From: Nemertoderma westbladi | Taxonomy: Eukaryota > Animalia > Xenacoelomorpha | Reading direction: 5' to 3' | Length of the DNA stretch: 64,000 bases | Assembly: GCA_032718475.1 (NCBI GenBank) | Contig: JAUCBJ010007346.1 | Span: 1 to 64,000 of the forward strand | Shown here: piece by piece, positions 35,846 to 47,805 of the stretch | Numbering within the stretch: the stretch's first letter is position 1 | Layout of the letters: each line of letters begins with the position of its first letter | The notes under the pieces: generated by a model | What the model was told of the DNA's origin: nothing | The model's database searches: none | The model's input: the letters and a program-made list of their open reading frames with translations, nothing else | Translations under genes and position numbers: made by a program

Positions 35846-38029
35846 ATGTTACATACAATTCGGGTATTCTTCGTATTAGCGATTATCGTTAACTTTGTGA
35901 TCAGCGAGTTGGAGATCATCGAACCAAAAAATAGGAATTGCCTCCGACAGAATGACACTGTATTGATACGGTGCTCTCATCCAGACATTACCGAGAAAAA
36001 ACCTGACGTCAGCTTGTTTAACCTTAAGCGTAACCATAGCAACCCGGGCGGGGCCCACACCAGCGGAATCATTCGAGTGATCAGTGGCGAGATAATCTAC
36101 GAAAACGGATACACCAATGACAACATCAGCGTGGCCATAACAAACGGGAGTGCAACGTTCAACTTGACTAACTTACAAAGTTTTCAGGAATTTTTACCCA
36201 TGTTTTTGTGCTACGGGGGTCGTTCTTACGTGAATCAAGTCTACAGACCTTATTGCCAACCAATGAGTTGTAGCTGCGGTAACCATGGTGACGAGCGCTG
36301 CATCTTAGGCCAAGAAGATAACGCCACGATCAACATCGATTGTCGATATTGGGGATGGGACAGATCGGTTGAAATGGGGTGGTTAACCTCGAGCGAAAAA
36401 ACTACTACGGAAGATCTCAAAGTACGATATAGAGACGGTCACCAAATATCCGTTAATCTTACGAGAAATAACACCGAACCAGGGACATATAGGTGCCTCG
36501 CGAAACCTAGATACGGAGGTCAGTACGAGTGCGCGCTCAATGTCGTTATAGCCAGAGATCCGAGCGCTGTAGTTGCTAACGACGCAGGAGAAAATGTTAC
36601 CTTGATTGATGGTAAGGACGGGGAAAATGTTACATTGTATTGCTTGTTTGATCCTGGTGTTCCAGAACAAAGTATCGATAAAATATTGTGGATAAAGACG
36701 ATTGAAGGTAAAATTGAGAAGGAAGATAATGTTTTCAATTCTTCGGCAATAAATATCACATTTTCAGACAAAGATCCGAATTTCGCGATCGGATGCGAGG
36801 TACATACACTTGGCGACCCCGTGTTAACCTTTAAGACCCAATATGTTGACGCTCATACGGTATTCTGCAGGGACCATGGGGTTATCATCGTCGTTGGCCA
36901 TGTGGCGGTCATGCCAAACAATGAATCCACGGTTAACGTGAAGGATGATGACGTAGTGACTTCAGTTGATTGGAATGTCCAACACAGTGATGGGGTTGCC
37001 ATAGAAACGTACTGGGTGGCGGAAGACGAGGGAATGGAAATGATTTTCAATGGGCCAACGTCCGAACCCAATGTTTCCGCACTGGGGTGGCATTCCTTGA
37101 GATTGTCCTGCTCGTTGAACGATGAGATTTTAAACGAAACATTTATTAGAGTTAAGTTTGAGAAGAATGAAAAGCTTATTAAAGATGTTATCAACTCGAA
37201 AGATGGGATCGAATTTGAGAGTCATAATGTGAGTAATGCTACAGCAGATGTTGGGACAAACACCTCAATAAGTATGCCAGTGAAAGATTCGAAAAATACA
37301 AATAATTCCCTCACAAATATAGACACCTCTACGACAGAGTCTACTGGATTACCTAAAGAAAATAATGGCGCCATAAATGAGTTTCAAAATAGCCAGAAAC
37401 ATGCCGGTAACGAAAACGGAAAAGTGAAACCGATAATAAATAATTCCTTGGATAAAAACAACGTTGTTACAACCGCCTCTAAAAGCGAAGAGCCAAATAG
37501 TGCCGCTGACTCTAAGAACAACGTTGGTGACATTGGAACTACAGCGGTCCATGAATCAAGCGATGGACATCCCACCTCCTCAACTACAAACATTTATTTA
37601 ATAATCATTATTATCGCCGTTGTTATTTCTGCTCTTTTGGTAATTGCTATCGTTATTTTCTTCCTCTACAAACGGAAGCAAGAAAGGGCGTATCACGGTA
37701 ATGGAAAAGTTCAAAATGGTAAGGCGACACAGCTGGATTATTTGGGGTTAGCAGGTAAGCAAGTTGGCCAGGGACCTAATGGCGTCTCCAAGACATTGTG
37801 GATGGATATACCAATGGAGAACGATACCGCAGATGAGGATGAAGAAGAAGTAAATTCCAAGGTTGCCAATGGGAAGGTTGTCGATGGTAAATACGATCTC
37901 GACTGGGACCACGGGGCAGCGGATGAGTGCAAAGGTGACCAATCGCATTCGTACTTCAAGTCCTACGACAAACCGACATTTAGTCGAAGAGAACTTGCTG
38001 ATATACCGTCAGAGTCGGATGAAAACTGA
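35846..38029 (+). CDS. Type I membrane glycoprotein with several Ig-like domains, S/T/N-rich stalk and ITIM-like tail (727 aa, single coding exon)
   Basis: Hydrophobic signal peptide. Ig-like Cys/Trp patterns (VLIRC..FLC; IDC..W..GTYRCLA; VTLYC..LWIK..IGCEV). Many NxS/T sites. TM segment IYLIIIIIAVVISALLVIAIVIFFLY followed by KRK. Cytoplasmic LDYLGL. Confidence 0.85.
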   Translation: MLHTIRVFFVLAIIVNFVISELEIIEPKNRNCLRQNDTVLIRCSHPDITEKKPDVSLFNLKRNHSNPGGAHTSGIIRVISGEIIYENGYTNDNISVAITNGSATFNLTNLQSFQEFLPMFLCYGGRSYVNQVYRPYCQPMSCSCGNHGDERCILGQEDNATINIDCRYWGWDRSVEMGWLTSSEKTTTEDLKVRYRDGHQISVNLTRNNTEPGTYRCLAKPRYGGQYECALNVVIARDPSAVVANDAGENVTLIDGKDGENVTLYCLFDPGVPEQSIDKILWIKTIEGKIEKEDNVFNSSAINITFSDKDPNFAIGCEVHTLGDPVLTFKTQYVDAHTVFCRDHGVIIVVGHVAVMPNNESTVNVKDDDVVTSVDWNVQHSDGVAIETYWVAEDEGMEMIFNGPTSEPNVSALGWHSLRLSCSLNDEILNETFIRVKFEKNEKLIKDVINSKDGIEFESHNVSNATADVGTNTSISMPVKDSKNTNNSLTNIDTSTTESTGLPKENNGAINEFQNSQKHAGNENGKVKPIINNSLDKNNVVTTASKSEEPNSAADSKNNVGDIGTTAVHESSDGHPTSSTTNIYLIIIIIAVVISALLVIAIVIFFLYKRKQERAYHGNGKVQNGKATQLDYLGLAGKQVGQGPNGVSKTLWMDIPMENDTADEDEEEVNSKVANGKVVDGKYDLDWDHGAADECKGDQSHSYFKSYDKPTFSRRELADIPSESDEN

Positions 38030-38769
38030 CATTAGATTATATTATTATTAAAATATGAAATTAACAAACAATCGAATTAAAATCTAACTGTTGTAACTAC
38101 TGTATATACAAATATCCAAAATTGACTGAAGGTTGCATATACAAAATACCATACAGTTTATTAGTCACGCAAGGTGAAGCCTATGTATTTAATTGTGCCA
38201 TATGTGTAAAGTACTAAGTGATGTAAACGAGCAATGTAATCAATCCCAGAAATAACTTATTTTACAAGCCAAGGAATACGTTGTTTTATAACCCAAAATT
38301 CAACCATTTCTTGCCATAATGTGTGTAATAAATGTTTAGGAAATATGTCTAATAATAATTATATAATCCAGATAACCACTAAAATGTCCAAATCAAATCA
38401 CTAGGCGAATTCACTAAACAAACTAATATTCAGCCCAATTCAAACTTTCATATACTTTGTCTTATCGGGCGTACTACTAAAGTTACACAAACGTTCATTG
38501 ATAACTTCTAACTAGCGGATTTAAGTAAAGTCATATTGCGAGTAAATAGGTCTAGTAGCTGTACCGTGTATGTTAGTGTGTAGGAGCCCACCATGTACAT
38601 AAAGGTGGATATTATACTATATTGGATTCTATAATTAATATAAGTTAATGCTTGGTATGAAATAAGTAGTCTTCGAAATAATGTTTTTTAGTTTCGAAAC
38701 ACTTCCTGAACAATTGAATAATAAAAGTTGCCGACATAATTTGTACATGCTTCTTGTTTTATTCTGATA

Positions 38770-38915
38770 GGGGGGACTTTCGACGCAATAAAAATTCACC
38801 CCCTTCCAAGGGAAATTCGACGCAAATAACAGCTGATTACACTCAAAAATATAACTGTATCCTGTTCTATTGTGTTTAGTTTATTGTTTTGGTTAAAATA
38901 ACGTGCCACTGTAAC
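38770..38915. repeat. Dispersed ~140-bp repeat; second copy inverted at ~52655-52785
   Basis: GACGCAAAT.ACAGCTGATTAC...CCTGTTCTATT...AATAACGTGCCACTGTAAC is the reverse complement of GTTACAGTGGCACGTTATT...AATAGAACAGG...GTAATCAGCTGT..TTTGCGTC. Confidence 0.75.
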
Positions 38916-41499
38916 ACACTAAGCTACATTTTACAAAGAAAATATAACCAAAAAATACAAATTATAATACAATACAATAAGTAGATAAAGTACAAATTAT
39001 ATTGAGGTCATATATTTGGCACATAATATCTACTCTATATTAATTCATATAATATTAATATATTACTGTATATTATATTATTACTATTATATTTCTGTAT
39101 GTAGTATTACTAATTACTCCCCACAAATATTTTTTAATTAAGCATAATTTTATTTTTTGCATTCAAATACAATTGGAGGCCCACAACATTCTATTAATTT
39201 TTCAATTTGATTTTGACGCCGTCAATGTCGCCTTTGGTAAGAATAAAAAATTATGGTGAGGTAATTATTTTGAGGATAATAAAATAAAATAAAAAATAGC
39301 ACCAAATATTAGTACTGTAATGGTTTATATGTATTAACATCCATAGATTGTATAAATTATTAAGTAATTTAAACAGAACTAAGGATGATCCAACTCTATA
39401 GCAAATGGAGCGGATATCCTCGCTGGTGGCGAATTCATTTTTTCCGCTCCATTTCCTATAGGTTTGGATCATCCTAAGTCCAGTTTAAATTACTTATTGA
39501 AAATATTAGTAATATTATTAAGTTATAAAGAAATAGGCACAGTATTACTTAGTTAAGTGAATTTTTTGTCAAAAAAATTCAACATCAATTAAAAATTGTG
39601 AAAAAAATTCCACTTTTTTCCTTTAGAACTACTGAGCCCAAAAAAATAGAGTAAAAAATGGAGAGGAAATTCAAGTTATTACAAAGAATTTTCCTTTCGT
39701 CACCCTGGGTCTTACATACGCGCTGTTCCGACTTATGCGAATACATTAGTGAAATTGTTGATATATACTTGTAATAATTTGCATAATACGAAGTGATAAA
39801 TGAGTTGACGTTTCAGCCCATTTTAATATATTAACTAAATTTCGCGAATGTTAAATTTCGATATCTACCATTTAAGGTCCCTTTTAAAGGAAAGTAGCAG
39901 GTTATAATGGCAGGCATCTCTAACCAAAACAATAAACTAAATTTAGGAACACAGTTTACAGTAAAACTTTTACTTCTAGGCAGACATTTTTCAATATTAA
40001 TTTAACATTAACCCTATGAGAAGGCTGAAACGACACCCCAATTGGCAATTTGCAACCCGCATTGGTACAACAATAACAGTAAGTAATACAGCACTTAGGC
40101 CAAAATCCGCATTTATTGTTTTAAATGATCGCAAACATTATATAAAAAACAACTCACTCGATCCAATTTCTATACAGTTATCCAGCATATCGTTTTGGAA
40201 TCCATGGTTACAGGGACATTTGTAGCCGTCTACTGACCCCGGGTCCAGTTCGCAGACGGAGTTCGGTCCGCAGACGATGTGACGAAGTGTTAAATTGTAT
40301 AACAATTATCGGATTTTCATTTTGTAAAAGATTTCGGTTCACTGAGTTATATTGAGCTCTAATTTAATTTAATAACTATATTTTGTAATTATTGTAGTGC
40401 TGTGTTGGATAATAATTAGCTCAATTAAAGGCTGAACGGGCCATAACCGTCCACTACAACTTTACTACCGGTCGGTACATTAATACGATCATCCCCCCAT
40501 TAATACATCCCCCCATAATGAGATTGGATAAAATATTAAACAGAGATTCCACTCCAGACTTTAATAAGTCAGGTCAAAATTAATATTTTCGCTTTCAGAT
40601 TTTTCCTACAAATATTGTAAAAAACTGACTGGAGCGACATCCTGTCGCACTATTCCCTTACGGATCAAATGGTCTGTTCTGATACAGATGCGTCCGTTCA
40701 CAGATAGGCCTACATCTAAATTACTGTAATTACGAAATAACACGATTATAAGAAATTGTCATTTATTCCACTGCGCGATACTATTTAGTTACAAAATATT
40801 CTGGGGAAGCTTTTCTAAAATTTAGTAGGCCTATTTTGTAAATAGAATTATTTACAGTATTACTTTTGGAAAAATATTTTTCAATATTCTCCATGTAGGC
40901 CTACTATATATATTAGTTCCCGAACTCATATTACTGTAGTTTAATAAAGGGTCGAGAGAATATTGAAAAATGATCTACAGTACTGTACCTTTGAATTAAT
41001 CAATAATCCCATATTTCCCCACATAATTATACTTTACTTGACCAAATTTTATAATTTTGAAAATGGTGAAAATTGTCCAATGAAAAGTGCCATTTTTGAA
41101 AAATTTATGTGCCTACTTGAATTTTAAAATTATGAAATGTGGGTTCATCAAAACTTTCGGAAAGTGAGGTTTCATGTTAGTCTGCATGCATGCTATGTTA
41201 ACCAAATCTATCAGTTTTTTGCCTTCTAATTTTAATTTCAAAATGTTCAATCCAGCATAAAATTAGAATGTTCCATAAGGTGAGTTGTGACTTGGTGCGC
41301 AAATATGATAATGAAAAATCACCACAAATTCAAACTCATTCTATGACATTAGGGATTTTCTGAGATGCTGCTGAAAATGAATGACACTCAAAAATATCGT
41401 ATCCGATTCATTGTGGTTTTTTTCGACAAAATGCCACGAAAAATACAAATAGAACGTATTGTATTAAACTAAAATCAGTAGCAAATCAACCTGATTTTA

Positions 41500-42640
41500 T
41501 GGTGTTATTGTATTTTCGTCCCACCCGACAAGCACCAAAAACGATAGTTGCGTTACCACCGAGTTGTATCGTGATCAGCGACCATGAAAACCAGTATAGC
41601 TTCAGAATTATCCTAACAAGGCAAAATTTAACAGTTTGAAATTTTAGCTACTTGTAATTTTCGTCCTGGGGCACCAGAATGGCACCAAAAAATGAGATTG
41701 CATTACCAACAATATTTTTAACTAGTTTCATCATGATTAGTGACATCGGAAACCCGCATACCTGTCAGAATTATCCGACCAAACACAACAATTTTTAGTT
41801 TGAAAATTTTATTACTTGGAGTTTTCATCTTGGGGGACCAGAAAAGCGCCAGAAAATATTTTTAAACAGTTTTATTGTGATCGGCGACCTCAAAAACCCG
41901 TACACCTTCAAAATCTTAATTTTTAACCAATATCTAAAAAATTATTCAATGCTGTTGCAATTATGCATCATTTCTTGCATTCAACAAATTTACGAAAAAA
42001 TATGTGAAGGCCTTCTAAAGACCAGCGCACCTTATATTGGAACATGATGGCTGTAATTTCTAAACGGACTTTTATGCAACAGTGTAAAATTAAAGAATGT
42101 TTATTCAACCATTTTTTTAATTAGTTTCCAAAATATGAAATATTTTTAAATTGGGAAGTAGGGGTGGGCGTTAAATTGTTAATAAAAAAAAATATAGCAA
42201 AATGTGGCATGTCAAGTAAAACGTATAGTATCAAAAAAAGGCGTTCTGAGAAAAACGTATTAAAGTTTTATGATATGTTTATTTTTCTTTCTTGTTCTAG
42301 TTTGTATGTTTTCTTAATGTTTGACGGGCAGTCTAACAAAAAAAAACGGACAAACAGTCAGGTTGTATAGATTCCATGAATTGTGAAAACTGATATCGGA
42401 AATGATATCATAAACCCGGAAAACCTCTTTAGCGAGGTGTTTTTGTAATGTTTGACATACAGTCTGACAAAAAGACGGACAGACAGACAAACGGACAGAC
42501 TATATTACGTGAAATGTGAAAACTGACATTGGAAATGAAACCACAAACCCAAAAAAACCTCTATAGAGAGAATTTAGTTAGCCTGTTTTCTTTCTTAATG
42601 CTTGACAGACAAACAGACCGACAGACAGAAATATGAATGG
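41500..42640. repeat. Decayed multi-unit repeats, HINE/Helentron-like remnants
   Basis: Three diverged units with GATC(A/G)GCGAC...AAACCCG at 41520-41910, and about three with GACGGACAGACAGAC-like microsatellite cores at 42320-42630. Confidence 0.4.
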
Positions 42641-42934
42641 ATGCCTGGTGTCATTTTAAATTCTGAACTCGTTTTGATGAAATTATGAGCGAATACCCTT
42701 TAGTTTTCGTAAAATTACTCAAAAATAGAAAATGATAGATCAGGGTTATATAATGGGAATAAAAAATAAAGTTTATTTACTGCCACTTTACTGGTATATT
42801 AAATATCACTGAACTGTTAGGAACCAATTTAAATTTCTAGTATATTTAAATATGTGTATACTGTATAGTAAATAAATATGTCTACCTACTACAGGCTGAT
42901 AGGAGACAAACTATCCACCACCCAATATTATTGG

Positions 42935-44294
42935 TTCACCCACTACTATTGGATTGGTTGACCCCGCAATCACACGATCCATCCGCCCACTCCTATTGGT
43001 TGACCCCTCAATCACACGATCCATCCGCCCACTCCTATTGGTTGACCCCTCAATCACACGATCCATCCGCCCACTCCTATTGGTTGACCCCTCTATCACA
43101 CGATCCATCCGCCCACTCCTATTGGTCGACCCCTCAATCACACGATCCATCCGCCCACTCCTATTGGTCGACCCCTCAATCACACGATCCATCCGCCCAC
43201 TCCTATTGGTTCACCCCTCAATCACACGATCAATCCGCCCACTCCTATTGGTTCACCCCTCAATCACACGATCAATCCGCCCACTCCTATTGGTTCACCC
43301 CTCAATCACACGAACCATCCGCCCACTCCTATTGGTCGACCCATCAACCACACGATCCATCCGCCCACTCCTATTGGTCGACCCATCAACCACACGATCC
43401 ATCCGCCCACTCCTATTGGTTGACCCCTGTATCACACGATCCATCCACCCACTCCTATTGGTCGACCCCTCAATCACACGATCCATCCGCCCACTCCTAT
43501 TGGTTCACCCCTCAATCACACGATCAATCCGCCCACTCCTATTGGTTCACCCCTCAATCACACGATCAATCCGCCCACTCCTATTGGTCGACCCCTCAAT
43601 CACACGATCCATCCGCCCACTCCTATTGGTTCACCCCTCAATCACACGATCAATCCGCCCACTCCTATTGGTTCACCCCTCAATCACACGATCCATCCGC
43701 CCACTCCTATTGGTTGACCCCTCAACCACACGAATCATCCGCCCACTCCTATTGGTTCACCCCTCAATCACACGATCCATCCGCCCACTCCTATTGGTCG
43801 ACCCATCAACCACACGATCCATCCGCCCACTCCTATTGGTTGACCCCTCAATCACACGATCCATCCGCCCACTCCTATTGGTCGACCCATCAACCACACG
43901 ATCCATCCGCCCACTCCTATTGGTCGACCCCTCAATCACACGATCCATCCGCCCACTCCTATTGGTTGACCCCTCAACCACACGATCCATCCGCCCGCTC
44001 CTATTGGTCGACCCATCAACCACACGATCCATCCGCCCACTCCTATTGGTCGACCCATCAACCACACGATCCATCCGCCCACTCCTATTGGTCGACCCAT
44101 CAACCACACGATCCATCCGCCCACTCCTATTGGTCGACCCCTCAACCACACGATCCATCCGCCCACTCCTATTGGTCGACCCATCAACCACACGATCCAT
44201 CCGCCCACTCCTATTGGTCGACCCATCAACCACACGATCTATCCGTCCACTCCTATTGGTTGACCCCTCAATCACACGACCCATCCGCCCACCC
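42935..44294 (-). repeat. 42-bp minisatellite (~32 units) derived from the GFER C-terminus, stop codon and proximal 3'UTR
   Basis: Minus-strand unit GAG TGG GCG GAT GGA TCG TGT GAT TGA GGG GTC AAC CAA TAG. The first unit is the true GFER end (GGG TGG GCG GAT GGG TCG TGT GAT TGA). Confidence 0.95.
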
Positions 44295-44397
44295 ATCTCT
44301 CCAACGTTGGTCCACCAAGGAACAATCGAACTCCCGTTTACCCAGTCTGCGGTTTACGTCGTTATGCATCCCGCACATCCATTGGCTGAGGTTCCAT
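44268..44397 (-). CDS. GFER: GFER/Erv1/ALR sulfhydryl oxidase exon 2 (not in the ORF track)
   Basis: After acceptor TTTATTTCCAG it reads (R)[42 protein letters not shown], matching the conserved ALR C-terminus (WxCxxHNxVN, CX16C, WRDGWxDGSCD). Phase matches exon 1. Confidence 0.95.
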
Positions 44398-44869
44398 CTG
44401 GAAATAAAGTACAAATAAAATTATATGTATAAAAAACTTTGAATTGCATTTCGGGGACATTAAAATTTACCTACCGGTAGGCACTTATGGGAGGTGGGTT
44501 GGGGGGGGGGGGGGGGGGGGGGTCGCAGATGTTGTGATAGACGGTTACAAGAGCGAGTATGTGATGGGTGGGGGTGGGGGGGGGGGGGGTCAAAATGTCA
44601 TAGTGTCTTTATTCAGGGAAATGCTCCAGCCCACACCCCAATTTTTCTATAAATCTAAAATGTCTCTGTCAATTGCACCAGTTACACCGAAGTTTATAAG
44701 TAAATTAAACTAGCTTGTATAAAAAATAAAAAAAATGTGTTCTAGAACAAAAAAAATAGAACAAAAATATAAACCAAAATTTATAGCTAACACGTGTTCT
44801 ATAACATTTATAAAAAAAGTAGAAAAAACTAGCTAGCCTAAGATGTCATGGACTAGGAGCAGGAGGATC

Positions 44870-45830
44870 GGATGCATGCTTCATTGCAGCTGCATTTTTA
44901 AGAATGCTGTGCCGGCTTGTCGACAAAATTGCGCCGCCACTACTCCCTATCACCCATGACATTTGCTAGATCATCCGCATCTTCAAGGCCAGTGTCCTTT
45001 AAGATGCGTCTCAAGAAAGTCATGGGCTGTAGCCCTAAGTCATGGACAAGATTATGCACTGGCTGGTCCTCACGGCGAAAGCAATGTCCTGCAAAGCGGA
45101 GGCGGCTTTGTTCTAGTGTCAAGCTTGGGGGAACCAACGAGACACCTCCAATGTTATATAGTGTCTGGTTGGAGATGTGTGCATTGTTCTTGACACAATG
45201 AACCCGGCGTAGCATTCTTGTGAAAGTGCCATCCAGAGATTTGGTGTCCTCAGCAGTTAGAGCCCAGCATGGACTCCCATAGAGGAGTACTGGAACTACT
45301 GCTGTTCTAAATAATCGGACCTTAAGTTTCCGATTAATTCTCGGTGACTTACAAATCCTGGAAAGCCTATTCAAGGGTGCCCATGCATTTCCCTTACGTA
45401 TTCTAAGGTCCTCACCTGACTTCCGGATCCATGATCCAAGGTAACAGAAGTCGTCCACATGCTCAAGCATACCATCCTTTGAGCTTATGCTCATCCGGTC
45501 AGAGACTTGCTGAGGCCTTTCAAAGTTAACTGTCAAAATGTTGGTCTTTTGGAGTTAATAAAAAGACCAACACTAGAAGCAGCGTGTTCTAATGAGCTGA
45601 GGAGCCGATATCTCTTGATTCCGGCCGGAATCGGAACCAGCAATTCAACATGCCGGAATACTTCCGGCCGGAACCGGAATTTTCTATAATTAGTGAAATA
45701 CACTAAATCACCATCATAATTCATCCAATCACATAAGATCATCATAATTTATGATGATCCAAGGACATGCGTAGAACATAGTCAACAACAATTATGAACA
45801 AGAATGGCGCAAGTGTGTCTCCCTGGAGGT
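44870..45830 (-). mobile_element. 5'-truncated RTE-group LINE copy in the GFER intron
   Basis: Highly similar to ~10150-11120. An unrelated CCGGAA-rich segment replaces ~45608-45705. TAAGATGTCATGGA occurs on both sides (~44839 and ~45870), a possible TSD. Confidence 0.88.
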
Positions 45831-46004
45831 CCCGGCTAGTTTTTATTTATAAATAAACACTAGCTAGTATAAGATGTCATGGAAACACAATTCAACATTA
45901 CTTTTTTTGTTGCCAAAAAAGTCTTATTTTTTTGTCAAACTTGTTTAATGACTTTGACAAAAAAAGTGACTAACAACAAATAATAATTATTTATTACATG
46001 GAAA

Positions 46005-47400
46005 ATAAAGTAGAACATTCACTATTCTCGAGGCGTTTGTTTTATTTACCGAACGTCAGCTGTTTCTATAAAGGGTCGAGAGAATATTTAAAAACAATGT
46101 TCTATGTTTTTTTCCCTTGTAAATACGTTATTTTATTCTTAAATTGGTACTTTTTTATTGCTTAATTCTATAATTAGAAGATATAGTTTTACAAAATAAA
46201 TATAACTGTAGTATTTAACCATATTGCTTCCATAGTTACTGTAGGTCTACTATTCCTAGTGTTGTCTTACTCAATGTTAAATAATTTAGGGTTCTCGAAT
46301 ATTTATTACGTTACTAGAGAAACTCTTAACAACATAAACCAATATTAAAATTCATGTTGGGGAATGTGGCGAGTAAATATTAAACGATAAAACAAAGGAA
46401 GGACTGTCGGGCCACAGGTATGAAAAAATAGTAGGTAATTAGCCTACGTTTCGTAAGCCAATGGCTATCTTTATCTTTATTTATCTATATTTATAAAGAT
46501 AGCCATTGGCTTACGAAACGTCTGCTAGGCCTAATTACCTACTATTTTTTCATACCTGTGGCTGACAGTCCTTCCTTTGTTTTATCGTTTAAACCAATAT
46601 TGTTTATTGAGTTCCGTTTTGGAGTTCGCCAGGCAGCCACTAAAGTTACAATAACTCTTGAATGTTTGAATGGATTTTGCTCCAATTACTTGCGAACCTT
46701 TTCTACTTCGTTGCTCTTTCAACACATTTAATACAATTTAAGAAATCCCACCAAAAATATTTTTATTCTTAAATTGATACTTTTTCGTTCGAATATACCC
46801 CAAAATCGGGAGAAAAAGTTTCACTTTTTTTCCCTAAGGAAAAAAAGTAACCCATAGGATTGCATTGATTTTACTTTTTTCCCGGCGAAAAAAGTAAAGT
46901 AAAATATTTTTGGTAGAATTTCTTAAATTGTATTACATGTGTTGAAAAAGCATCGACGTAGAAAAGGTTTGCAAGTAATTTGAGCAAAATCCATTCACAG
47001 TGCAAGCTTATTGCAACTTTAGTGTCTGCGCGGCGAACTCCAAAACGGAACTCAATATCCAATATTGGTTTATGTTAGTTAAGCGGCTCTCTAGTTACGT
47101 AATAAATATTCGAGAACACTAAATTATTTAACATTGAGTAAGGCAGCATCGAGAGTTGAAGAGTACAATAATTAGAATCACAGTAACTATGGAAGCAATA
47201 TAGTATGCAGTTCAATTAATCTTGGGAAAAAAACGTAGAACATTTTTTTTTCAATATTCTCTCGACCCTTTATTAACCTCGCTGACGCTCGGTAAATAAA
47301 ATGCCTCGAGAATAATGAAAAAGTTCTACTTTTTTTCCCATGTAATAAATAATTATATTTCACTTTTTTCGCCGGGAAAAAAAAGTAAAATAAATACAAT
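46005..47400. repeat. Two inverted copies of a dispersed non-autonomous repeat, with a nested ~210-bp hairpin (46380-46592)
   Basis: TAGAAC...TATTCTCGAGGC...AAAGGGTCGAGAGAATATT...CTCAATGTTAAATAATTTAG occurs forward from ~46010 and reversed at ~47060-47335. A third copy is at ~50285-50850. Confidence 0.75.
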
Positions 47401-47805
47401 ACTGGAGAAAGAGACAAATATTATAATAAATTATGACTTGACTAATACAGCGATATTTATTAATATGTTTCATATTTTTAAATAATTTTAGGCGAGCCAC
47501 GAATTCGGGTATCAGCAAACAGTTTTTTGTTGAAAAATAATTTACGCAGAGTAAAATTTTGAAACTAAAATCTACTGAGTAAATCAACATTATGTAAATC
47601 AACATCTGTAATTCGCAAATCACAATAAAAATATCACACTAGACAGTGGATACTTTGACCGGGAAAAACTAAAACTGTGTGATATATTCACAATAAGTTT
47701 ATACTCAACCAACATACAATACATATTATATATTTAAGTTTTATTATTAAGTGAATCAAATTGAATTTAATGTAGAAATAATAATAGAAATGATAGCCAA
47801 CCAAC

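Noticed and set aside
44240-44270. Selenocysteine or read-through at the GFER TGA into the array
   Set aside because: GSCD-stop is the normal ALR C-terminus, an in-frame TAG follows five codons later, and I saw no SECIS element.
42931-44432. 495-aa and 492-aa plus-strand ORFs and shorter minus-strand ORFs over the 42-bp array
   Set aside because: They are open only because the unit length is a multiple of 3. They start at non-ATG codons or inside repeats, and the array is explained by amplification of the GFER 3' end on the minus strand.
47688-47805. C-terminal LVGYHFYYYF... tail of the 251-aa ORF
   Set aside because: It is intron read-through after the GT donor at 47805; the true C-terminus is in the exon at 44268-44397.
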